DNA of 64,000 bases from an uncultured bacterium (GTDB lineage: Bacteria; Hydrothermota; UBA3072). Positions 1 through 7,908 of this stretch are shown here, in pieces (positions within the stretch are counted from its first letter, which is position 1; each line of letters begins with the position of its first letter). Where the stretch lies: NCBI GenBank assembly GCA_964556365.1, contig CAZKVT010000001.1:7158-71157 (forward strand), read 5' to 3'. Both the position numbers and the translations under genes were made by a program. Below the pieces are notes generated by a model, which did not search any database, was not told the DNA's origin, and saw nothing but the letters and a program-made list of their open reading frames with translations.

Positions 1-536
1 TTGTAATTACCAAAGGAAACTTAATACTCAGGGATAAAAAGTTCTTTAAAGCAGAAAATACTTTCGCGGCAATTTCTCTCAATACTCTGGACGATAATAG
101 CGTCAAAATGTTGGAACCAGATGTACCTTCGATTACTAAAAGGAAAAAGGTTATCGAAGAATTAGTTAATACCGGGGTAAGAACCGTAGTCAAGATAGAC
201 CCGATTATACCGGGAATTACTGACGGAGAAAGACTTTGGGATCTTGCAAACTGGTTGTGCAAATTGAAACCTACAGCTGTTACAGCAGAAACTTTACGGA
301 TTAATAAAAAAATAAAAAACGATATAAAAGAAGTTTTACCTGAAAAATTATTTGAAAATTTCCTTTCAAAATACCAGGGAATTACGGAAGAACCTCAACA
401 CCCTAACCTTGAATACCGGTTATCTTTATTTAAGAATCTGGCAAAGCTTTTTCAAGAAAATGGAGTTAAAGCATCTTTTTGTAAAGCTTCACTGCCATAT
501 CATATAACACCTTTCGATTGCCGCGGAGGGTTTTAA
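1..536 (+). CDS. radical SAM superfamily protein, C-terminal portion (SplB/COG1533-like); 5' end outside window
   Basis: The frame of tracked ORF 108..536 stays open back to nt 3 (VITKGNLILRDKKFF...), so the gene is cut by the window edge. The pattern ISLNTLDD..LEP....VVKIDPIIPGITD recalls the barrel half of SPL-type radical SAM enzymes. Its TAA is directly followed by the ATG of the next radical SAM gene. Confidence 0.5.
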   Translation, partial: VITKGNLILRDKKFFKAENTFAAISLNTLDDNSVKMLEPDVPSITKRKKVIEELVNTGVRTVVKIDPIIPGITDGERLWDLANWLCKLKPTAVTAETLRINKKIKNDIKEVLPEKLFENFLSKYQGITEEPQHPNLEYRLSLFKNLAKLFQENGVKASFCKASLPYHITPFDCRGGF

Positions 537-1499
537 ATGGTTTCCAGTTTATATTTGATGCCTACTCAGAAATGTAACAGTGAATGTGTCTACTGTTATA
601 TCCCTGACCAGAAAAGCCAAAAAGAAGGTGACGATGAATTTTTCTATAAGGTAGTGGATAAATTTACAAATGATTTAAAAGATAAAAATATAAATCCGCA
701 ACTGAGGTTTACAGGAGGAGAACCTTATTTAAAAATCGATTTAATAATTAAACTGATAAAAAAATTTACAATATCTTTTCCAAAAGCTATGGTGGTTATA
801 AATACAAATGGCACCTTAATTGACTCCGAAACAATCAAAGATACTCTACCATACAAAAAAAATCTAATTCATATTACTTCTTTAGACGGCTGCGAAGAAA
901 TAAACAATAAAAGAAGATTGCTAAAAGATTCATCTAACTCTTTTGAAAAAGTCGTTAGTAGTATTAAACTACTAAAAGAGAACGGTTTCCTCATTTACAT
1001 AAATATGGTTCTCGATACTCAAACTCTGGACGGATTCGAAGATTTTATAAAATATATTAAGCATTCTCTAAAATTACAAAATTTATCGGTTTCTTTACTT
1101 CACCAGAGCAAAATGAGAAAAGAAGAAAAATTTGACATGCTGCGGAAAGTTTATAAAATTTCAAATAAATACAACATTAAAATTGGAGGACACCATCGTC
1201 TACTGTTAGGCATGAGAATTCCAGAATTGAAGTGTCACGCCGGCGATAAAACCATTCTTGTAACCAGTGACCAAAAATTGGCAGCTTGTCAGCGATTCAT
1301 CGGGAATGGTTTTGAAAATCAACCTTGTAATTCAAATGTTGATTTTAGCTCTATAAAATCAACATATTCCCCGGAAGATTGCTGTTATTCAAAAGATAAT
1401 ATCTGGCTCGGTGACATGTTATTTGAAATGTATCAGGAGAAATATCCGGAATATTTAAGGGTTAGACCATTAGATAAGATTTTGTTTGGGGTTATATAG
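537..1499 (+). CDS. radical SAM enzyme with Cys-rich C-terminal (SPASM/twitch-like) region
   Basis: CNSECVYC (CxxxCxxC) lies near the N-terminus, with an FTGGEPYL SAM-binding GGE motif. Additional Cys residues lie near the C-terminus (KCHAG, ACQRF, PCNS, DCCYS). Confidence 0.8.
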   Translation: MVSSLYLMPTQKCNSECVYCYIPDQKSQKEGDDEFFYKVVDKFTNDLKDKNINPQLRFTGGEPYLKIDLIIKLIKKFTISFPKAMVVINTNGTLIDSETIKDTLPYKKNLIHITSLDGCEEINNKRRLLKDSSNSFEKVVSSIKLLKENGFLIYINMVLDTQTLDGFEDFIKYIKHSLKLQNLSVSLLHQSKMRKEEKFDMLRKVYKISNKYNIKIGGHHRLLLGMRIPELKCHAGDKTILVTSDQKLAACQRFIGNGFENQPCNSNVDFSSIKSTYSPEDCCYSKDNIWLGDMLFEMYQEKYPEYLRVRPLDKILFGVI

Positions 1500-2914
1500 T
1501 GAATGTGATAAAATCTCGAAAACAATTAAAGAATAAAAAAGTTCTTATTATGGGTCTCGGGACAAAAGACGGAGGAGTGGGAGCAACCATATTCGCAAAA
1601 AGGAATGGAGCTATTGTTACAGTTACGGATAAAAACAACCTTTTAGTTCTCAAAAAATCAATCGATAAAATTCAAAATATGAATATCACTTTAAAAATCG
1701 GTAAACACGAATCTATTGATTTTAAAAACGCGGATATTGTCATCGCGAATCCAGTTATCGATGGAAGTAACGAATATCTGAAAATAGCTAAAAAAAACGG
1801 CAGCATAATTGATACTCCAATGGGTATCTTCTCGGAAATAGTTACAGAACCTTACATAGGTATAACTGGCACCAAGGGGAAAAGTTACACAACTTTCCTG
1901 ATTGAACATATGCTAAAAGAATTAGGCGTTAATGCTATTGCGTCCGGGAATAATTGTATATCCCCTTTAAGATATGTGGATGATCCGGATAAGAGATTCG
2001 TTCTGGAACTTTCTTCCTGGCAATTAAAACACATGGGGAGACATAAAAAATCACCTCATATTTCTTGTTGGCTAAATTTTTTTCCAGACCATTTAAATCA
2101 CTATAAAAATCTTAATGATTACTGGAACGATAAATTTTTTATAACAAAAAACCAGAAAAAAGACGATTTTATTGTCTTGCCCTGGAAAGATAAGAAATTA
2201 AGAAATATAGATACAAAAGCAAAAAAGATATTTTTCTCTGATTCGCCTATAAATTCAGTGGATGCAGAAGGAATTTGCTTCTGCGAAGAAGGTAATATTT
2301 TCTTCAAAACAAGCCGCGCCAAAAAATTTGTTGAAAAACATGAAAATCTCCCTCCAAATTTAAAAATAAAACATCATTTAGAACTTTTATTAGCAGCTAT
2401 TTGCTGTATGAAAGTCTACGGATTTGAAATCAGTGGTATTAAAGAAAGTTTTAAGAAGTTTGAAGGCGTTCCTCATAGATTTGAATTTTTGGGTAAAAAA
2501 GAAGGAATTAATTTTATAAACGATTCCGCGGCAACAACGCCAGAATCCGTCATATTAGCCCTGCAAGCTGTAAAAAACTTTCCTCTTGTTACAATATTTG
2601 GCGGCGGAGACCATAAAAATTTATCCTACAACACAGTTGCAAAAAAACTAAAGGAATTCTCAGATAAAATTGTACTTTTTCATGAAGATTTAGCCAGCGA
2701 TAAGATCGAACCACTTCTAAAAAATACTGCAGAAGAAAAAATTCTAAAGGTTCATAACCTTGAAGGAGCAGTCCAATCAGGGATTGAATATCTTTCAAAT
2801 TTAAAAAAAGGCACTTTACTGCTTTCCCCAGGTTGCAGCGGGGCACCTTTTTATACAGACTTATTTGTTAGAGGTACAATGTTTAAGGAGATAATAAAAC
2901 ATTATTATGAATAA
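1499..2914 (+). CDS. murD: Mur ligase family, UDP-N-acetylmuramoyl-L-alanine--D-glutamate ligase (MurD)-like
   Basis: The N-terminal Rossmann-like segment is VLIMGLGTKDGG, and the P-loop is GITGTKGKSYTT. HRFEFLGKKEGINFINDSAATT matches the MurD HRxE....NDSKATN block, and the C-terminal SPGCSG matches SPACAS. The start is GTG, overlapping the upstream TAG (TAGTG). It may be a paralogue rather than the housekeeping murD, given its non-dcw context and K->A in the NDSKAT motif. Confidence 0.6.
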   Translation: MNVIKSRKQLKNKKVLIMGLGTKDGGVGATIFAKRNGAIVTVTDKNNLLVLKKSIDKIQNMNITLKIGKHESIDFKNADIVIANPVIDGSNEYLKIAKKNGSIIDTPMGIFSEIVTEPYIGITGTKGKSYTTFLIEHMLKELGVNAIASGNNCISPLRYVDDPDKRFVLELSSWQLKHMGRHKKSPHISCWLNFFPDHLNHYKNLNDYWNDKFFITKNQKKDDFIVLPWKDKKLRNIDTKAKKIFFSDSPINSVDAEGICFCEEGNIFFKTSRAKKFVEKHENLPPNLKIKHHLELLLAAICCMKVYGFEISGIKESFKKFEGVPHRFEFLGKKEGINFINDSAATTPESVILALQAVKNFPLVTIFGGGDHKNLSYNTVAKKLKEFSDKIVLFHEDLASDKIEPLLKNTAEEKILKVHNLEGAVQSGIEYLSNLKKGTLLLSPGCSGAPFYTDLFVRGTMFKEIIKHYYE

Positions 2915-3533
2915 TAATTTTAAAGCAGTGCTAGAACCAATTAGATTATTTGACATTATTTTGTCGTTAATTTTAATAATCCTTTTTTTTCCTTTCCTTA
3001 TAATTCCTCTCATTCTATCCTGCTTATTCATTGGATTCCCTCCAATATACATATCGAAAAGAATTGGACAAAACGGAAAACTCTATAAACATTTTAAAAT
3101 TAAAACAATGTTACCGGGAAAAGAATGCGGGAGAATTTTCTTTGAGCAGAATAGATTAAACTGGTGCGGAAGACTTCTGCGGAGATACCACCTCGATGAG
3201 ATACCTGAACTATATTTGATTCTCATAGGGAAAATGAGTTTTGTGGGTCCGAGGCCCCTCCCTGAAAACCTATTAAACGGGCTGGACGCAAAAAACAGAA
3301 CCAGCGTCCCCCCCGGATGGACCGGGTTACCTCAAATATATCTGTTAAAAAACGGTATCCTAAATAAGAAACTGCAAGTAAAACTCGACAATATTTATGT
3401 TAGAAAGAGAAACCTTAAGTACAATATAAGAATAATATTAATGACTTTAATATATACTCTTAAAAGAAAAGATTTAGATATGGAACCTGATTCGACAAAA
3501 GACAAAGTAGAGTTTAAGAAAAGATTATCTTGA
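2907..3533 (+). CDS. small monotopic polyprenyl-phosphate phosphoglycosyl transferase (bacterial sugar transferase, PglC/WbaP C-terminal type)
   Basis: An N-terminal re-entrant hydrophobic helix is followed by PPIYISKRIGQNGKLYKHFKIKTM and HLDEIPELYLILIGKMSFVGPRP, the DE dyad / MSxVGPRP signature of PF02397. It overlaps the upstream gene by 8 nt. Confidence 0.8.
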   Translation: MNNNFKAVLEPIRLFDIILSLILIILFFPFLIIPLILSCLFIGFPPIYISKRIGQNGKLYKHFKIKTMLPGKECGRIFFEQNRLNWCGRLLRRYHLDEIPELYLILIGKMSFVGPRPLPENLLNGLDAKNRTSVPPGWTGLPQIYLLKNGILNKKLQVKLDNIYVRKRNLKYNIRIILMTLIYTLKRKDLDMEPDSTKDKVEFKKRLS

Positions 3534-3586
3534 CATTGTAGTTGGTTATGTTAAAAATTAATATGTAAACAATAAGGGAGGTAGGA

Positions 3587-4825
3587 ATGAAAAACAAAAA
3601 AACACAGAATATCATTTTGTTAGTTTCCTTAATAGTTATTCTAATTGTAGTTTATATATCCACCGTTAAATTTGTGTATCATAAAAATATGACAATATAT
3701 TTCGAGTCGACTCCGGAAGGGACAACGGTTTCTTGTAAAGGAAATGTCTTAGGAAAAACACCCTTTGAAATGAAATATAATATATATAACAGTAATTTGT
3801 TTGTTAAAAGTAATCGTTTTACTTTTGACAAAGACTTTTTCAGTAAAAAAACTGTTCCGTTTTCATACAACCAAACAAAAAGCGTAGATACAATTCAAGT
3901 AAAACTCGAGTTAGATAAAAAACCGTTACCTGGATACAAAGACGAATTTCCTAATAATTATGTATTAAAACTTGAAGACCTGCGCGGCAAAACAGATACG
4001 GAATTAACGTTCTTACGAAATGAAATTTACGCGAAATACGGAAGAAAATTTATAACACCTAAATATAAGGATTATTTCAATTCAAAGGAGTGGTATAAAG
4101 TAAACCCTCATTTCTCTGATGCCTTTTTAACCGAAACCGATAAGAAAAATGTGGCTTTAATTCTCAGCCTGGAAAATTCTCCTGAAACAAATAAACCTTT
4201 AGCCGAAAAAGCAACAGATAAACCGGAGTATACTTATAAAGAAATCGAAGTTGAACTTTATCCCGACAAGATGCTAATTCCTGAAGACCTGGTTTGTAAA
4301 ACAAACGAAGAATTAGCACTATTAAGAAATGAGGTATACGCAAGACACGGAAGACAATTTGAAACACCTAAATATCAGGAATATTTCAATTCAAAAAGCT
4401 GGTATAAAATTAATCCCGAATACTCAGACGCTCTTTTAACTGAAACCGATAAGGCAAATTTAGCTTTAATCCTAGATATAGAAACATCTATCGAAGAAAA
4501 TAAGGATATGATAAAAAAGATCTTAGATAACCCCGAATACACTTATAAAGACGAAAAACTTATATTTATAGATGAACATAATGTCAAATATTTAAAATCG
4601 TCTAACTGGGGCAGAATATTCTGCAAATATGATTATATAAGTTCCACCGGGAAAGGAGAAAAAATTGTCAGGTGGCGGTTCTATAAAGGGGAAATATTTT
4701 TATGCGATTATAACAAAGTTTGGGGTGAAGAAAGAAGGCAAATCTCTATTGTTAAATTAGATCTTAAAAATAATACCATTAAATTAATTAAAAGAATCGA
4801 GGAAGAACCGGAGTATTATTACTAA
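3587..4825 (+). CDS. membrane-anchored protein with PEGA-like segment and two YARHG domains
   Basis: The SD AAGGGAGG lies upstream and there is an N-terminal TM helix. Two copies of LRNE(I/V)YA(K/R)(Y/H)GRxF.TPKY..YFNSK.WYK.NP (YARHG motif) are present. Confidence 0.75.
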   Translation: MKNKKTQNIILLVSLIVILIVVYISTVKFVYHKNMTIYFESTPEGTTVSCKGNVLGKTPFEMKYNIYNSNLFVKSNRFTFDKDFFSKKTVPFSYNQTKSVDTIQVKLELDKKPLPGYKDEFPNNYVLKLEDLRGKTDTELTFLRNEIYAKYGRKFITPKYKDYFNSKEWYKVNPHFSDAFLTETDKKNVALILSLENSPETNKPLAEKATDKPEYTYKEIEVELYPDKMLIPEDLVCKTNEELALLRNEVYARHGRQFETPKYQEYFNSKSWYKINPEYSDALLTETDKANLALILDIETSIEENKDMIKKILDNPEYTYKDEKLIFIDEHNVKYLKSSNWGRIFCKYDYISSTGKGEKIVRWRFYKGEIFLCDYNKVWGEERRQISIVKLDLKNNTIKLIKRIEEEPEYYY

Positions 4826-4842
4826 AAGACTCAAAAAAACCC

Positions 4843-6369
4843 TTGGAATCAAATAAACATAATTTAAGTAAGCCTTTCTTAGAAAGTGAAAATCTAACCT
4901 TATTTTTACATATCGCTATTCTCTGTTCGCTTACAATCTTAATCCGCGTTTTTTTTCTTTTTCATAACTCGTTCGCCGTAGGTTTCGACGGTTACTATTA
5001 TGCCCTGCAGGTTCGCGCACTAAAGGAAACAGGGCAATTATTGATCGCGGATAATTCACTTGTTTTCCAAATCTTGCGATTCTTCGCGATATTTTCAAGA
5101 GATGTCGTATTCAGCAATAAAATTGCAGCTCTCTTATTCGGCGCTTTAAACGCAATTATCCTATACCTTTTACTAATAAGATTGAATATAAATAAATGGA
5201 TTGCTTTCCTATGTGGAATATTATTTCTCTCTTCCTATACTCAAAATTTTCTGGGTTTCGAACTGCAAAAAAACAACATCAGTATGAGTTTTTTTCTGTT
5301 TTTTATGCTTTTTTTAAGCATTAGCCTCGATAATAAAAAATATTTTAAATATACCTTTTTGTTTTTTATATTAACTCTACTTACACATAAATTGATGGGA
5401 GCGTTAGCTATACTTTTTCTAATTATTTATTTTATAATAATATTGATATTTAACCAGAACTTACGTAAAAAAATTACGGCTAATAGGAAACTCCTTCTAC
5501 TTACTTGCAGTTCTTTTTTAATAATTATTATCATTACAATCTTTCTATCTCCTCTACGATTAGTGGACTTAAAAAATTTTCTAAGTTCTTTTACTCTGTA
5601 CAGCGGAATCGTAGACAGATTTAAGAAAATCATTTTTATAAGAAATATTGGAACCAAGATAGAACTAATTTTATTGCATGTTATACCGTTTTTATTTATT
5701 CCGTTTTTAAGAGCTTTCCTTAAAAACCCTGAAATTCGAAAACAGCAAAAATATTTTTTAACTGCTCTCCTGTTTTTTTCTTTCATATTAATATTCCCTT
5801 TTCTTAAATTCGACTGGGATTTCATAGCTTTTCGATTCTTAATTATAAATACGGTTCCTTGCTGTATATTTATCGGCTCTATTGTTTCAATTTCAAAAAA
5901 GAGGCTTAAAAAGACTTCACAAATATTTTTGATTATAACATCGATACTTCTTATGAGCCAAATACCTTCCCAAATTAAAACTTTTCATACAAGAAGATAT
6001 CCCAATTACAGTAACTTATATTCATCTATGCTAAAGGTTAAGGATTATGTTCCCGCGGATAAAAAAATCATCGCGCATAAGGGACTAAGTTCATTTATCT
6101 GGTATATTACCGGAATAGAAGGAACTCATTTCACGCCGGTTGAAAATTTAGATGAATATTATAGAATTGTATATGGTTTTGGCATTATCCACTTTGAACC
6201 TTATCTGGCTTCAGGAGAATACGAAAAACCTGTCGAGATAAAAATGCCTTATTTCTTAGTTGAAGAGCGCCTATGGCAAAATTTTTATAATGATAAGAAA
6301 GATAAAGTAGATTTTTTAAAAGAATGGGTAAATCCCAGTCAACCCAGACCCGCCCATGTATATCATTAA
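4843..6369 (+). CDS. polytopic integral membrane protein, possibly GT-C-fold glycosyltransferase (ArnT/PMT-like)
   Basis: There are more than 10 predicted hydrophobic helices followed by a soluble C-terminal region of about 120 aa. The start is TTG and there is no in-frame ATG before the first helix. The function call is weak, resting on architecture only. Confidence 0.35.
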   Translation: MESNKHNLSKPFLESENLTLFLHIAILCSLTILIRVFFLFHNSFAVGFDGYYYALQVRALKETGQLLIADNSLVFQILRFFAIFSRDVVFSNKIAALLFGALNAIILYLLLIRLNINKWIAFLCGILFLSSYTQNFLGFELQKNNISMSFFLFFMLFLSISLDNKKYFKYTFLFFILTLLTHKLMGALAILFLIIYFIIILIFNQNLRKKITANRKLLLLTCSSFLIIIIITIFLSPLRLVDLKNFLSSFTLYSGIVDRFKKIIFIRNIGTKIELILLHVIPFLFIPFLRAFLKNPEIRKQQKYFLTALLFFSFILIFPFLKFDWDFIAFRFLIINTVPCCIFIGSIVSISKKRLKKTSQIFLIITSILLMSQIPSQIKTFHTRRYPNYSNLYSSMLKVKDYVPADKKIIAHKGLSSFIWYITGIEGTHFTPVENLDEYYRIVYGFGIIHFEPYLASGEYEKPVEIKMPYFLVEERLWQNFYNDKKDKVDFLKEWVNPSQPRPAHVYH

Positions 6370-6422
6370 TATAAATTAAATGGATTTAAAGTGTTAAAAA
6401 AACAGTAAAAGGTGGTAAAAAA

Positions 6423-7841
6423 ATGAAAAAAATCGGAACCTTTCTAATTCTTTTTCTGGTCTTAAATCTCGAATCTATAGCACAGGAAAAGACTATCAGA
6501 AACTCTATCGATACACCTAATGGCTATGTCAGGATAAATTTCCCTGAAGGGTCTTACAGTAACTGGATTCAAAACCTTCCTTTAAAAGAAAACTCGATAA
6601 TTCTGGAATATAGGGGTTATATGATTAGCCTTGATTATTTCTATAATGTTTTCGCGGTCGTAGATATGCCTCTCTTATTTAAATCGGACTTGGAACAATG
6701 CGCGGACTATTGCCTCAGATTCTGGGCGGAATACCACAAAGACATGAATAAATTAGACTCTCTCTATCTATTCGATTATAGCGGAAACAAGAAGAAATTT
6801 ACAGGCAGCGGAAAAACTTACTCCGGGTTTTTAAAGTGGGCTTTTTCATATTCGAATTCTTACTCTTTAAAAAAAGGCTGTGAGAAAGTAAGTGTCGACG
6901 AACTAATACCCGGCGATATGATAGTTCAAAACGAAGGCGGAGGAATAGGTCACGCTTCCGTAATACTGGATGTTTGCAAGTCTAGTGAAGGTAAAAAGTT
7001 GTATTTAATCGGTTATAGTTATATGCCCGCGCAAGAACTCCATATAGAAAAAGCAGCCGGCTCAAGAGGTACTGAGGGCTGGTTTGCTATCGAAGGATAC
7101 TTTAATTATTTGTCAGATTATATTCCTCTCGGAGAACCTACCTTAAGAAGATTCGAACCTACTTTTTCTATTGAAGAAAGTTCGAGTGCTATCGATAAAT
7201 GGGATAATTTTGAAAAAGCGGTAAGAAATCAGACAATTTCAAAAGATTCCGCTAAAAAAGTATTTCCTTCTCTACATGCAGAACTGAAAAATTATGCGGA
7301 AAAATACAAATTTGATACCTTAATAACTTCATGGGCTTTTCCCGTCGATGGATACGGCATGGACGCACTCGGAAAAGGGGGATTTAAACCGGATATTTAT
7401 TACGGGGGTTCGACCATAAAAGGATACGATTTTTACGATGGAAACAAACACGGAGGACATCCCGCTTACGACATTTTTATTCTTGATAAAAATCAGGATT
7501 GTGTGGATGATAACGACGGAAAACCGGTCAATATCGCCGCGCCTGTCGATTTAATGATACTTTCGATTTTTAAAGCCTGGGTAAAAGGTTCGGGAATAAG
7601 AGGAGGAAATTACGTCTGGGCTCTGGACCCGTACGATAATCAAATATTTTATTTCGCGCACATGGATTCTATTTTTGTCGAAGGAGGAGATTTTTGTAAC
7701 AAGGGTACACCTATCGGCACAATGGGAAGGAGCGGCAAGAATGCCTGGGTAAAACGATGCCCAACACATTTACACATGATGATTTTAAAAATCGAGGGCA
7801 ATGAACTCACCCCCCTCGATTACCTTCAAATGTTGGAATAA
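6423..7841 (+). CDS. secreted DUF4846-like domain fused to M23 (LytM-type) metallopeptidase
   Basis: A signal peptide is present. The N-terminal half has NGYVRINFPEGSYSNWIQNLPLK and DLEQCADYCLRFWAEYH, which I recall as DUF4846-like. The C-terminal half has HPAYDIF (HxxxD) and CPTHLHMMI (HxH), the M23 zinc ligands. Confidence 0.7.
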   Translation: MKKIGTFLILFLVLNLESIAQEKTIRNSIDTPNGYVRINFPEGSYSNWIQNLPLKENSIILEYRGYMISLDYFYNVFAVVDMPLLFKSDLEQCADYCLRFWAEYHKDMNKLDSLYLFDYSGNKKKFTGSGKTYSGFLKWAFSYSNSYSLKKGCEKVSVDELIPGDMIVQNEGGGIGHASVILDVCKSSEGKKLYLIGYSYMPAQELHIEKAAGSRGTEGWFAIEGYFNYLSDYIPLGEPTLRRFEPTFSIEESSSAIDKWDNFEKAVRNQTISKDSAKKVFPSLHAELKNYAEKYKFDTLITSWAFPVDGYGMDALGKGGFKPDIYYGGSTIKGYDFYDGNKHGGHPAYDIFILDKNQDCVDDNDGKPVNIAAPVDLMILSIFKAWVKGSGIRGGNYVWALDPYDNQIFYFAHMDSIFVEGGDFCNKGTPIGTMGRSGKNAWVKRCPTHLHMMILKIEGNELTPLDYLQMLE

Positions 7842-7870
7842 CTTCTATACAATTCGAAAACTAACAATGG

Positions 7871-7899
7871 TTGACAAAGATAGAGTATATTACTAATAT
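7871..7899 (+). promoter_or_regulatory. sigma70-type promoter (TTGACA-17-TAATAT) for the HEAT-repeat gene
   Basis: TTGACA is at 7871-7876, followed by a 17-nt spacer and TAATAT at 7894-7899. The predicted TSS is about 7906, only about 3 nt before the ATG at 7909. Confidence 0.5.
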
Positions 7900-7908
7900 C
7901 AGTATACA

